IMG/VR virus record: IMGVR_UViG_3300025073_000989
DNA from: a virus
Lineage: Duplodnaviria > Caudoviricetes
Length of the DNA: 64,000 nucleotides
Strand: one strand, 5' to 3'
Part shown: positions 17,780 through 27,861 of the stretch, one piece after another
Position numbering within the stretch: position 1 is the stretch's first letter
Layout: the number at the start of each line of letters is the position of its first letter
Notes under the pieces: generated by a model
Databases searched by the model: none
Told to the model about the DNA's origin: nothing
Seen by the model: only the letters and a program-made list of their open reading frames with translations
Position numbers and translations under genes: made by a program

Positions 17780-18923
17780 TATCGTAGAGTTTATAAAAAA
17801 ATGTAAAGACATCGATTTAGTAAATCAACTACTATGTTTAAAATTAAAGTTAAATATTAAAAAACAGCCAATAGCTTTAAAGGCTGGAAACACCGAATAC
17901 TTATACCTATACAATCGTACTGAAAAGTCCCCTAATTGTATTATTTCTAACGAAGCTAATGGTTTAATCTTAGATAAAGAAGGAAAAGTAGTAAGTAGAA
18001 GCCTTAATCATTTATATAATGGTGAAAGCTTTAAAGAAAAAATTGATTGGGATAAAGCAACAGCAGAAGAATTTATAGATGGAGTACAAGTTACACTATT
18101 TTTTTACAAAGACTATTGGTTTATACAAACTAGAGATGATATTAACGGTAGAAATTTAATTCATCAGAATGATATTTGGAGTATTAACTACGAAGTGTCA
18201 CATTTGCTTCAAAAACAAAGATATTACACAAATATCTTTAATCAGCTAGATAAAGATAAAACATATACATTTGTATACGTTCGTGCACAAGAAGTACAAA
18301 ATTTAGATAGTAATAAAAACAAACTGTATTTAATAGCAATTTATAATAAAGAGACTGAAGGGTACTTAACTGAAGAAGAGCTAGATGAATATAAATTAAT
18401 TTCTGGTTTTAGTAGACCAAGAAGATTCGCAACAGTATCATTTTCTTATTTTAATAAAAGAATTACTGATTTTTCTACTTTAGTAGTTGTTAACCAAGAC
18501 ATTTCTAAAAAACCCAAAGTAGAACAAAGATTTAAGTTCGAAAGAAAGGCGGAAACACAAAACGAGACCTCAGTTGTTATAAAATACTTAGCAGAAAAAG
18601 TAATTCAAGGAAGGCATCAAGAGGTATCATTAAAAAATTTTCCAGAGTATAGAAGACTAATAGCTTTATTTATAAGAGTAAAATTAGATATAATTTCTTT
18701 TGTACAAAAAACAATAAAAGAAAATAAAGAAACATCCTTAACTACTTTTAGTGAGCAAATAAAAAGACATCACCTAAGCGATATACTGATTGCATCTAAA
18801 AAAACTCCCGAAAGTATTAGGATAAACGTAAGCAGAATAGACAGTAGTAGATTTATTAAACTAGCACAGATAAGATATTGGACACAATATGACGATGCTA
18901 TAAATGCAAGTAAAACTATATAG
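17772..18923 (+). CDS. T4 Rnl1-like RNA ligase homolog, probably catalytically inactive
   Basis: EANGLILD...VVSRSLNHLYNGE...EEFIDG...W..QTR follows the Rnl1 layout, but motif I KxDG reads FIDG. Confidence 0.7.
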   Translation: MLSIVEFIKKCKDIDLVNQLLCLKLKLNIKKQPIALKAGNTEYLYLYNRTEKSPNCIISNEANGLILDKEGKVVSRSLNHLYNGESFKEKIDWDKATAEEFIDGVQVTLFFYKDYWFIQTRDDINGRNLIHQNDIWSINYEVSHLLQKQRYYTNIFNQLDKDKTYTFVYVRAQEVQNLDSNKNKLYLIAIYNKETEGYLTEEELDEYKLISGFSRPRRFATVSFSYFNKRITDFSTLVVVNQDISKKPKVEQRFKFERKAETQNETSVVIKYLAEKVIQGRHQEVSLKNFPEYRRLIALFIRVKLDIISFVQKTIKENKETSLTTFSEQIKRHHLSDILIASKKTPESIRINVSRIDSSRFIKLAQIRYWTQYDDAINASKTI

Positions 18924-18941
18924 TGAGGATGTGAGTACAAA

Positions 18942-19730
18942 ATGCCAGAAAATATAAAATGGTTTACAGAAACAGGAAATCTTTGCGAAATCTACCAAGC
19001 TGTAGGTATGTATTTTTCTTTTTTATCTAGTCCTAAAGATGAAAATAAACAGTGCCATTGTTGGGTAAAATGTAGGGACTTTTTACATGATGCCTTAAGG
19101 GCCCAAATAAACAATAGTAGTTGTTCTATATATGCTTTTGATTTTAATGTTAATATAAACCCTCCAATTGATCTGAAAAGAACCAGAATGTTAGTTAAAT
19201 TTAAAAACTACAGGGACTTTGAGAAACAAAAAAAAATAATTCAATCAGCCAAAAAACTTTTAAACTTCTATGAAGAGCTCGCTGGAAGTACTTTTACTAA
19301 AGTAAGTATAACCACAGATAAAGACGATGTGCCTGTATGGATTTTTAATGGGCCCGCATTTTGGCAAAAAGCCCCTTTCTTAATTTCTATGTTTACTTTA
19401 TTAATAAGGCTTGGGGATAAAGAACTAGTTTTTCAGAACTTAGCAGAACTAATTTCGGTACTAAAAGAAAAAAGTGAAAGTACAGATGCAACTAAAGATA
19501 ATGATATTAAATATCTATCTGTTCTATATAATAAATTAAATATTATAGTAGAAAATTGGAGACTACTAGCTGACAAAAAACTAAATTTATTTAGTGATGG
19601 TGTTGGTATAGGTCTATTTCATAATAATTACGGTGTACTGAGCTTGGCCAAACTAGTTACTCCAAATAAAGAATTAAACAATGCAATGAAAACATTACTT
19701 AGTAATACTAATAGGGAAGTAAAGTGCTAG
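18942..19730 (+). CDS. hypothetical protein, paralog of 16970..17779
   Basis: FSF...KCRDFLHD...IDLKRTRMLV. Confidence 0.7.
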   Translation: MPENIKWFTETGNLCEIYQAVGMYFSFLSSPKDENKQCHCWVKCRDFLHDALRAQINNSSCSIYAFDFNVNINPPIDLKRTRMLVKFKNYRDFEKQKKIIQSAKKLLNFYEELAGSTFTKVSITTDKDDVPVWIFNGPAFWQKAPFLISMFTLLIRLGDKELVFQNLAELISVLKEKSESTDATKDNDIKYLSVLYNKLNIIVENWRLLADKKLNLFSDGVGIGLFHNNYGVLSLAKLVTPNKELNNAMKTLLSNTNREVKC

Positions 19731-19995
19731 AAAATAAAGTAACAGAAAAAAGAAAATTATCAAGAATTAAAGGTATTAGTAGTGAGAAATCCTACGTTGA
19801 AAAAGCTACCAATAAAAGACCTCAATTCGCTTTTCTAAGTTCTCAAGCTGATATAAGTTTTTAGCTTGTAGAGATTTTTTACATGAAATAGTAACAGCTG
19901 CTATAAATCATACAAGAGATCCATACGGCTATTGGACTAGCGAAAATAGTTCACCAATAGATTTAGAAAAATTAAGATTATTAATTCAAAAGTAA
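19724..19995 (+). pseudogene. frameshifted, truncated third paralog of the CRDFLH family
   Basis: Frame A gives ...QFAFLSSQA; a frameshift near 19850 leads to YKFLACRDFLHEIV...PIDLEKLRLLIQK*. Confidence 0.7.
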
Positions 19996-20024
19996 ATAAG
20001 AAAAACAACGGAGGACTTTAAACT

Positions 20025-20939
20025 ATGAAAAGATTTACAATTGGTACTGACCCGGAATTTTTTCTAAAAGAAAAAGAAACCGGAAAATTAGTATCAGCCA
20101 TACCATATATTAACGGAACAAAGCATGAACCTGAAGCCCTACCATCTGGTGGTACTATTCAAAGGGATAATGTAGCAGTAGAATTTGCAACTGCACCAGC
20201 AGTCTCAATGGATGACTTTATAAAAAAGATCAGAGAAACATTCAAAGATGTACTTAAAGTAATTCCAGATAATTTCGATTTAGTAGCAACACCATCTGCT
20301 GTATTTGATGATGATCAATTAGAACACCCTGACGCTTTGACTTTCGGATGTGATCCAGATTATAACGCTTGGACCATTTCCGAAAACTCTGAAAATAATA
20401 AACCTAGTCATCCGAACAAAAACTTTAGAAGCTGTGGGGGCCATATACACGTTGGACATGTAAGCGGTGATGGTAACGATTTTCTGCTAGATCCTTTTGG
20501 TAAAATTAATATGGTTAGGGGTATGGATCTAGTTCACGGAATAGTATCAGTTATACTAGATAGTTCTATCGAGTCGATAGAAAGAAGAAAGCTGTACGGA
20601 AGCGCCGGCTGTCACCGCCCAACAGACTATGGAGTTGAGTATAGAGTTCTAAGTAATTATTGGCTAAAGAGCCCTTTTCTAGTAATGCTTATGGATTCTT
20701 TAACACAAGATGTTTTAAAGTTAATTAAAGAAAACAAACTTAATCAACTTATTAATTTTGTTGGTGAACAAGAAATTCAAAGTATTATAAACAATGGAGA
20801 TGTCGCAAATGCCAATAGTATTTTTAATAAAGCTATAAAGAGCTGTCTAAGTGCAGATTCTATTTTTTACTTTGAAGAGAGTCTAAAGAGAGTTGAAAAT
20901 ATTAACCTGAAAAAAGAATGGGGACTTGAGGAGGTCTAA
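20025..20939 (+). CDS. phiEco32-like COOH-NH2 ligase type 2
   Basis: IGTDPEFF, QRDNVAVEF, FGCDPDYNAW, RSCGGHIHVG, YGVEYRVLSNYW. Confidence 0.92.
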   Translation: MKRFTIGTDPEFFLKEKETGKLVSAIPYINGTKHEPEALPSGGTIQRDNVAVEFATAPAVSMDDFIKKIRETFKDVLKVIPDNFDLVATPSAVFDDDQLEHPDALTFGCDPDYNAWTISENSENNKPSHPNKNFRSCGGHIHVGHVSGDGNDFLLDPFGKINMVRGMDLVHGIVSVILDSSIESIERRKLYGSAGCHRPTDYGVEYRVLSNYWLKSPFLVMLMDSLTQDVLKLIKENKLNQLINFVGEQEIQSIINNGDVANANSIFNKAIKSCLSADSIFYFEESLKRVENINLKKEWGLEEV

Positions 20940-21734
20940 ATGTCAAAACGTATTGCAATTCCGGCCAGTAAAAGTAAAAATCAATTTTTTATTAATCAAG
21001 CGTATATTGAATATTTAACACAGGCTGGGTATGAGGTAGTAATAGTTACACCATCAAGTAGTATACATGACACTGTAGCATCATGTTTTGGTTTAGTACT
21101 ACCTGGTGGAATTGATATAGACCCGATTTATTATGGAGAAGATAATATATGTTGCCAAGGAAGTGACCCGGAAAAAGATGATTTCGAAAGGAAGTTGTTT
21201 TATTCTTTCTTGAATCAAAACAAACCAATATTTGGTATATGCCGTGGTTTCCAATTGATAATGCGAGAGCTTATAGTCAACAAAATTCCTGGATATAAGT
21301 CTTTTTGTTTCTATCAGAATTTAAATAGGCACAAAAATGTAGACGAGCTAGGAATAGCAAGGACAATACCAAGCCATAGTGTTACAGCAGCAGTTGGTAC
21401 TTTGTATGGAGTGGAAGAACTATATAGCAGCATATTTGTAAATTCTATGCACCATCAAGCAGTAATTATTAAAGTAGAAAGAAAAACAAACCCTTTAGTC
21501 CAAGTAGGACAGATATTTCCTCTAGCTGTAACAAAAATAGGTCTAACGAGTAATATTTCCAACGAAGAGATTAAGAAGAAAACCAAAGAGGCTTTTGTAG
21601 TAGAAGCTTTAGGGGCAAGTATAAATAACACAAAAATAAGAGCAGTACAATGGCACCCGGAAGAGCTTCGAGATATAGCTCTATTACAAAACTTCTTTGG
21701 TGAAAAAGAAGAAAAGTTAATTGTAGGTAAATAA
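20940..21734 (+). CDS. class I glutamine amidotransferase / peptidase C26 family
   Basis: LPGGIDIDP, GICRGFQ, VNSMHHQAV and QWHPE catalytic triad. Confidence 0.92.
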   Translation: MSKRIAIPASKSKNQFFINQAYIEYLTQAGYEVVIVTPSSSIHDTVASCFGLVLPGGIDIDPIYYGEDNICCQGSDPEKDDFERKLFYSFLNQNKPIFGICRGFQLIMRELIVNKIPGYKSFCFYQNLNRHKNVDELGIARTIPSHSVTAAVGTLYGVEELYSSIFVNSMHHQAVIIKVERKTNPLVQVGQIFPLAVTKIGLTSNISNEEIKKKTKEAFVVEALGASINNTKIRAVQWHPEELRDIALLQNFFGEKEEKLIVGK

Positions 21735-21736
21735 AT

Positions 21737-22006
21737 ATGGTAGACACTATAGACGATAATAAACTTAATGCCACAAGATGGAAACTAACTGTTTCTAGAG
21801 AGAACGGTACTACAGAACTTGAGCGCCTCGGCTTATCGCAACTCAAGCCTGTTTTAAAAAGAATAAAAGAACAGAACCCAAATAGTGATGGAGTTAAATT
21901 AATAAATACTACATTACTTGTGTTTGCTTACATTGAACACTTCCTACAAGAGAGTCCACTTTCTTCACCAGTAGACAGAATACAAATACAACCGCTTGAT
22001 ACATAA
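21737..22006 (+). CDS. hypothetical protein
   Basis: ORF track. Confidence 0.5.
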   Translation: MVDTIDDNKLNATRWKLTVSRENGTTELERLGLSQLKPVLKRIKEQNPNSDGVKLINTTLLVFAYIEHFLQESPLSSPVDRIQIQPLDT

Positions 22007-23462
22007 GAATATGAAAGATAAATACCTTAGAGAAATAAATCCAAATTTTTCAGTTGTAGAACTTATAGCAGAAAAGTTTGACGATTATGATAAGCACCTT
22101 ACTCCAAATGCCATAGTATTTGGAGGGGCAGTTAGAGATATCCTAGCTGGGCTGCCACTAGAAGGAGATCTAGACGTTGCTATTTGCAAAGCCGAATTTC
22201 CAACTATAATTAAAAGTTTATTAGAATCACCAAGATGGCAAAAGACTTTGAACAAAGGTGAAATAAAAAAGTATAAAGCCTCGTTTTCAGTAGATTCAAT
22301 AGTAACTTTTGAAAATCTAAATGGAAGTAAAGTACAAATAATAACACCAACACCTTCTCATTTACCTGAAGCCGATCCATTTGTCGAAGCCATTAGTATA
22401 GTAAGGCAAGTTGATATTTTATGTTGTGCTTTATTTCTAGATAGTGATGGAAATATTTTTGAAGTTATACCTGGCGCTGAAGAAGATTGTAAAAAAAGAG
22501 TATTACGGTTGGCCAAAAAAGATAACCCAGATCTAAATAAAATTAAAGAACGAATTAATAAGTTAGTTTCTAGGGGCTGGGTTTCTGAAATAGATCTTAG
22601 TAAACTTTTTTCTAAAAGTAAAAAATCAAGAATAACTAAAAAACAAAAAATCGAAGATGAAACTAATTATTCACCATATAGTTACAAAGCACCATATAAT
22701 TACAAAGTATTAATAACTGTATCAAACAACCCTTTTATTTCCTCAAAGTTGACTTTGAATCTAATTAAGTTAAGCCGAGAAGTAGATATAGCTTCAGGTG
22801 TTTTACGTAACAAGATTTTTAATTTTTGTTCTATAAATAAAGGCTACACTATTGAACTAAAGCAAGTAAAACAAGAAGAAATGTACATTCGTTCTGACCT
22901 AAATAAATTACTTGAACTGTGTACTTTTTTGAAGTTAGAACCTGTAATACTAAATACATTAGAAAGAGAAAGTTCATATCATAACAGCGAAAAAAAATCT
23001 TTGGATACAGAACCTATACGAGGTATAATCGACTTTTATAAATTAGACCAAGATCAAAAACAGTTTTCTGAGTCAATAAAGGACAAAATAACTGAAAGCC
23101 CATACGCGCTGGACAAAATAACTGAAAGCCCATACGCGCCGGAAAGTACCTTGGCTAAAGCTAAAAATAGTATAGAAAATATCTCGGTAGAATATAATAT
23201 TACTTATTCTCCACCAGAAATACCAAAACAACATACTAGTACTAAAAACGGATTTGATCCTAGTACTGTAATCGTTGATAAGGAGTTTTTTCTTATACCA
23301 GCAGTAAAGGGACAACAGACGGAGCACAGTAACATAAACAGTGGGCGTAATTCTGCTAATAAGGATGGCCTATATTATCGCCTTGAGCCTGCTACTACGA
23401 CTTTTGTGAATAAAGTAGAATATAGGCGCAGAAAGGAGCAACTAGATATAGATGAAGGATAA
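21996..23462 (+). CDS. CCA-adding/poly(A) polymerase-type nucleotidyltransferase head domain with long C-terminal extension
   Basis: VFGGAVRDIL...DLDVA; RI.KLVSRGW; rest unrecognised. Confidence 0.75.
   Translation: MIHKNMKDKYLREINPNFSVVELIAEKFDDYDKHLTPNAIVFGGAVRDILAGLPLEGDLDVAICKAEFPTIIKSLLESPRWQKTLNKGEIKKYKASFSVDSIVTFENLNGSKVQIITPTPSHLPEADPFVEAISIVRQVDILCCALFLDSDGNIFEVIPGAEEDCKKRVLRLAKKDNPDLNKIKERINKLVSRGWVSEIDLSKLFSKSKKSRITKKQKIEDETNYSPYSYKAPYNYKVLITVSNNPFISSKLTLNLIKLSREVDIASGVLRNKIFNFCSINKGYTIELKQVKQEEMYIRSDLNKLLELCTFLKLEPVILNTLERESSYHNSEKKSLDTEPIRGIIDFYKLDQDQKQFSESIKDKITESPYALDKITESPYAPESTLAKAKNSIENISVEYNITYSPPEIPKQHTSTKNGFDPSTVIVDKEFFLIPAVKGQQTEHSNINSGRNSANKDGLYYRLEPATTTFVNKVEYRRRKEQLDIDEG
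23081..23140 (+). repeat. 30-bp in-frame tandem duplication (DKITESPYA x2)
   Basis: ggacaaaataactgaaagcccatacgcgc(t/c) twice. Confidence 0.95.
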
Positions 23463-23856
23463 ATTAGAGGACGTCGGTTATATTTTTGTTTATGGTACTT
23501 TAAAAGTAGGAGGTACGTTTTCAAAACAGTTTGACAATTTTAGATTGAAAACCACCCCAGCCTCAATAAAAGGAACGATGTTTTTAGCACCCGGTAACTG
23601 GTTTCCAATAGGAATTTTGGGCGGAAACAACATCATAAGGGGTGAATTACACAAATACGATTCTTTTACAGAAGTAATTAGAAGTTTAGATAGAATAGAG
23701 GGTTACTACGGAGAAAACGAACACAACTTATATAATCGCAAACAAACAGCCGTTATAACAGATACAGGTAAGACATATGTTGCTACAGTTTATGAGTTTA
23801 ACAGGGATGTTAGCAAACTAAAAGTAATTAGATCTGGAGAATGGGAAATTAAATAA
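23452..23856 (+). CDS. gamma-glutamylcyclotransferase (AIG2-like)
   Basis: FVYGTLK...GELH...LDRIEGY...YNR...VY. Confidence 0.92.
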   Translation: MKDKLEDVGYIFVYGTLKVGGTFSKQFDNFRLKTTPASIKGTMFLAPGNWFPIGILGGNNIIRGELHKYDSFTEVIRSLDRIEGYYGENEHNLYNRKQTAVITDTGKTYVATVYEFNRDVSKLKVIRSGEWEIK

Positions 23857-23878
23857 TTCCCGATAAGGAGTAATAGAA

Positions 23879-24148
23879 ATGAAAATTAGAAAAATTAGTA
23901 CTAAAACGGACTACTCATACTCTGTTGGTAACATATCAGATGTAGATGGTTCAGAGTTAGTGGTAGAAAAAATTACACAAGTACGAAAAGGCCGGTATGA
24001 TATCTACCATGAATATTGGTATTCCGTACATTTTGCTGATAGTACAGCACACTGTTTAATTCCGGCCTCAGAGATTACTAGTCTTATTTATGACGTAAGT
24101 AAAGAAGAAAAGAAAAAGAATGAAGTACCGGAATTACCGGAAGAATAA
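23879..24148 (+). CDS. hypothetical protein
   Basis: ORF track; RBS AAGGAG. Confidence 0.6.
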   Translation: MKIRKISTKTDYSYSVGNISDVDGSELVVEKITQVRKGRYDIYHEYWYSVHFADSTAHCLIPASEITSLIYDVSKEEKKKNEVPELPEE

Positions 24149-24185
24149 ACCAATTATTAAAATTATAGTAAAACGGAGTTACTGA

Positions 24186-24887
24186 ATGTCAGGAAACAAA
24201 ATACTTGTTGTAAACGGCTATAGCTATGCTGCGGCTATTGCTGGATTAGGCGCAGTTACTTTTGATGTAAATGAATTTTATAGTAAACCAGAAGACTTCA
24301 AGTTGGTAATGTTTACTGGAGGGGAAGATGTTTCTCCAGAATTATACGGAGATACTAGTCCACGTAGAGTGTGCCAGAATAGCTGGAAAAGAGATATGGA
24401 AGAACTAGATATCTTTAATTCTGCCATTAAACATGGTATAAAAATGACAGGTATATGTAGAGGATCTCAATTTCTAAATGTAATGTCTGGCGGAAAAATG
24501 ATACACCACCTAAATAATCATGGAGGAGTTACGCATGGTTTTGTAAGCCCAAAAAACAGAGAAGTACTACTTGTAAACTCTTTACATCATCAAATGATGA
24601 TTCCCTCTGAAGAAGGTATTGTAATAGGTTGGGCAGAAAGAAAATTAGCCACTATATACTTAGGCAACACTGATGAGGTTACTGCGTGGGATGATGTAGA
24701 AGTAGAGGCTATTTTCTACCCAAAGACCCTATGTTGTGGAGTACAATATCACCCTGAAATAATGAAAAAAGAGTCAGACGGTTATAGATTTTTCCACGAA
24801 ATGATAGCAGACTTTTTAATGATGACTGCAAAACAATTTTCTAGAATATATACTGCAAATGAAAAAACACATCAAGCATATAGGTAG
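24186..24887 (+). CDS. class I glutamine amidotransferase / peptidase C26 family (second copy)
   Basis: FTGGEDVSPELYG, GICRGSQFLNV, VNSLHHQMM, QYHPE. Confidence 0.92.
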   Translation: MSGNKILVVNGYSYAAAIAGLGAVTFDVNEFYSKPEDFKLVMFTGGEDVSPELYGDTSPRRVCQNSWKRDMEELDIFNSAIKHGIKMTGICRGSQFLNVMSGGKMIHHLNNHGGVTHGFVSPKNREVLLVNSLHHQMMIPSEEGIVIGWAERKLATIYLGNTDEVTAWDDVEVEAIFYPKTLCCGVQYHPEIMKKESDGYRFFHEMIADFLMMTAKQFSRIYTANEKTHQAYR

Positions 24888-25338
24888 TCATGGTAAGAAT
24901 GAACATGTACAATTAATTGTGGCAGCGCCGGACGGAAGAATTCTACTTTTTAGAAGTAAAAGCCCAAATTCTACTTTTTATAAAAGTACGCATGTAGATA
25001 CTTGGACCATTACAAATTCTAGGTTTCTGTCTGAAAATAAAACTGATTTAGAGATGATTGAAGTTTTGTTGTTTACCATGTTCGGTGTTAGGCTAGGACA
25101 AGCTGCAGAAAACTATATTTTAGAGCATTTAGTAGATATTAAAGTAAATGGGTACAAAGAGATTTTTGTATACCAACTAAAAATAAATAATTGTATAGAA
25201 TTATTACCTAGTTCACTGGCTGAACTAAAACTACTAAATTTTAATGATATTAAAAAAGAAATTAGAGATCGTCGTCATGCATTTGCGGTAGACTCTACTT
25301 CTGTAATAGAAGAACTAACAATCAAAAAACTAATCTAA
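24859..25338 (+). CDS. hypothetical protein, possibly degenerate Nudix fold
   Basis: VQLIVAAPDGRILLFRS resembles the Nudix N-terminal strands; no Nudix box. Confidence 0.4.
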   Translation: MKKHIKHIGSHGKNEHVQLIVAAPDGRILLFRSKSPNSTFYKSTHVDTWTITNSRFLSENKTDLEMIEVLLFTMFGVRLGQAAENYILEHLVDIKVNGYKEIFVYQLKINNCIELLPSSLAELKLLNFNDIKKEIRDRRHAFAVDSTSVIEELTIKKLI

Positions 25339-25348
25339 AGGACAAAAG

Positions 25349-25837
25349 ATGTTAGATTTTGAAAAAGTAGTAGGAGAAGAAGTATTTATAGCTACGGAAA
25401 TCGAAGAAGGTGTCGTAGCTGATATATTTTTATTTAGAAATATTTCAGATCTACATAAACACCTTCTAAGTATAAACCTAGATAGTGCTACTATATTACA
25501 TGGTTATTTAAATCAAGCAAAGTTTTTGCCTAGTAAGTTAAACAATAGAAGCATTTTTATAATAATCAAAGACGATATAATTGACAATAAAGGTATTATA
25601 TATGAATTTGAAGAGAATAAAATAGAACTATTAGAACAAGAAATAGGTGAAATTCTTGATGGAAAAACATGTTTGATGCTAGGATGTACATATGAGCCAG
25701 AAATAGAGCAAGTATATATACTTTACGGTTATGAAGTGCCACTAAAGCTTACAGTCAGTGAGGCTGATTTAGATGAAGAGGCCATAGAAACCTGTAAAAA
25801 ACTTTCATCAGAAGTAGATAATTTAAAAATAGGCTAG
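25349..25837 (+). CDS. acidic hypothetical protein
   Basis: ORF track. Confidence 0.6.
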   Translation: MLDFEKVVGEEVFIATEIEEGVVADIFLFRNISDLHKHLLSINLDSATILHGYLNQAKFLPSKLNNRSIFIIIKDDIIDNKGIIYEFEENKIELLEQEIGEILDGKTCLMLGCTYEPEIEQVYILYGYEVPLKLTVSEADLDEEAIETCKKLSSEVDNLKIG

Positions 25838-25840
25838 CTT

Positions 25841-26236
25841 ATGGGAAAAAAAGTAAGTATTTTATTATCCCAATCCGAAACAAAGTATACTGGTAGACTC
25901 CTGGGATTTGTTACTGAAGAAGAGTTTAGATGTATAATAAGTAGTAACGGCTTGGTCAAAAAAATAAGTACTTCGGAATCTCTGAGTCTAAGAGATCTAA
26001 TAAAGGCTGATGCTAGAATTAAGGGAAACAGATTAGTTTTTTCCATAAATCTAGAAGAAAACAAAGCACAAGAAAAAATCAGTAACACTGTACACTACAA
26101 TACACTGCTCATTACAGATACAATAGAGGATTTAACTTATTCAACTATGAGAACGGATTCTACTGAAGCTGGTTTCTCTTTTAGCTCAAACATAGAACAG
26201 TGGTTGATAATAGAAGAACCAACTAAACAGGACTAG
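25841..26236 (+). CDS. hypothetical protein
   Basis: ORF track. Confidence 0.55.
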   Translation: MGKKVSILLSQSETKYTGRLLGFVTEEEFRCIISSNGLVKKISTSESLSLRDLIKADARIKGNRLVFSINLEENKAQEKISNTVHYNTLLITDTIEDLTYSTMRTDSTEAGFSFSSNIEQWLIIEEPTKQD

Positions 26237-26246
26237 TTTAAACGAT

Positions 26247-26945
26247 ATGGATATAAATACTAAGTATATAAAAAAGAATTTTTTACTACCTTGTACAAAA
26301 TTTTCTATAGAGAAGATAACGTCAGGAGTTATTATACCGGGTTCTATAGGGTTTGTTTGTTTTAATAGTAACAAAGATTTTAATCTATATAGCCTCGATG
26401 CAATTATAATAAGACGAGGCAAAAAAGGAAGAAATAGAGTAGATTGTGTACGAATTAAAAGTCCTGCCTTCTTTTCTGAAGAGACTGATGTTGCTATTGT
26501 AAATAATAGTTGTAATATACTACGTATTATTCCAGAATCCTTTGAAAATAATCACATATTAGCTATGTCAAATATTGAGTATATTGGATGGGCCATTTCT
26601 ATGGCTAACTTTTTAGCTTTTATATATTCCACATATAGCAGTAAAACAGCTTGGCCGGACGGTCCTATAAATAATTTACATAACATTTCCTCTAAAGAAT
26701 TAAAGTTGTTGGAGCATGAACCTGATTTGTTTTTCGAAAAATATTCTACAAGTAAAAGCAGACGTACTTTTATTCAAGCTGCAAGACGAATGTATTGTAG
26801 TTTAATGCTTGGTATAAAACGGTATGAAAAGTGGACAAAAGACATACTACATAATAGCAATCTAGGCTATCTAGCAGCAAATATTGACAAAAAGAATAAA
26901 GCACTGCATGCAGAACTTAAACTTCTTGCTGAGGGGGAAAATTAG
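26247..26945 (+). CDS. hypothetical protein, N-terminus paralogous to the next gene
   Basis: PGSIGFV...IIRRG...NRVD. Confidence 0.6.
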   Translation: MDINTKYIKKNFLLPCTKFSIEKITSGVIIPGSIGFVCFNSNKDFNLYSLDAIIIRRGKKGRNRVDCVRIKSPAFFSEETDVAIVNNSCNILRIIPESFENNHILAMSNIEYIGWAISMANFLAFIYSTYSSKTAWPDGPINNLHNISSKELKLLEHEPDLFFEKYSTSKSRRTFIQAARRMYCSLMLGIKRYEKWTKDILHNSNLGYLAANIDKKNKALHAELKLLAEGEN

Positions 26946-26949
26946 AACC

Positions 26950-27804
26950 ATGTATAAAACTGGTAGTAAAATTCAGCTTGTGGCTAGTAATGTCAAAAAC
27001 ATAGGACCAAAAACAGGGAGCATAGGATATGTAATTGATAGCCATGATATTGTTAGACTATCAACACTTAAAGAAGTAGGCTATGTAGTAAGAATTTATG
27101 TTGAATTTATTAGATACGGATTTGAAACAGGTCAAAGGGTAGAAAAAAGAAATATCTTTCATATAATACCGCTAAATACTGGGATAGATTTTTATACTAG
27201 TTTAGTACATAGTCCTGATTTTATAAGCGCGCTAGAAAGAGTGCTTGATACAAAAGATATTATTTGTTGTGTAGCGGTACCGATAAATAAAAAAACGTAT
27301 TTTACAAAAGATAAAAATGAAGGTATAAATTGGTTGAACTCGTTTTTTAGTAGTTACTGTTTTCAGGGACTATTAGAAAATCTTAGCCGACGCGGAAACA
27401 AGGATTTTATAAAAAATACAGATATAGAGGAGCTTTTAAGTTTAGTAGAAAATAAAAACAAAAAAAGTATTATTTTTTCAGAGATAAGGAAAGGTAATTA
27501 TAGTTTATTGGATTTAATAAGGTCGGTACAAAAAGTCTCAGCTGTATATGAAAAGAATAAACTAAATCAATCTATACAAAGAGTAGTACAAAGTCCAATG
27601 CAATTTCTTAAACCAGGTAGTATATTAACTACTATGATACTAAGTAACCTATACTTGCCAGGCTGGCCTGAGATAAAAGAAAAGATTCTAGAAAAAACAA
27701 AAGAAACAGAAAGGAGGTTAGAGATATCGGAAATCATTAAGCTCCATGAAACAGTTAGAGACAGCTTGGACTCTTTTTCCCGATCCTTAGAAACAAAAGG
27801 ATAA
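26950..27804 (+). CDS. hypothetical protein, N-terminus paralogous to the previous gene
   Basis: TGSIGYV...FIRYG...QRVE; ATG at 26950 preferred. Confidence 0.6.
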   Translation: MYKTGSKIQLVASNVKNIGPKTGSIGYVIDSHDIVRLSTLKEVGYVVRIYVEFIRYGFETGQRVEKRNIFHIIPLNTGIDFYTSLVHSPDFISALERVLDTKDIICCVAVPINKKTYFTKDKNEGINWLNSFFSSYCFQGLLENLSRRGNKDFIKNTDIEELLSLVENKNKKSIIFSEIRKGNYSLLDLIRSVQKVSAVYEKNKLNQSIQRVVQSPMQFLKPGSILTTMILSNLYLPGWPEIKEKILEKTKETERRLEISEIIKLHETVRDSLDSFSRSLETKG

Positions 27805-27861
27805 GGACAGGACATTTAACGTTAAAATGTATACTTTTAACAAAAAAATCCGGAGGTACCG

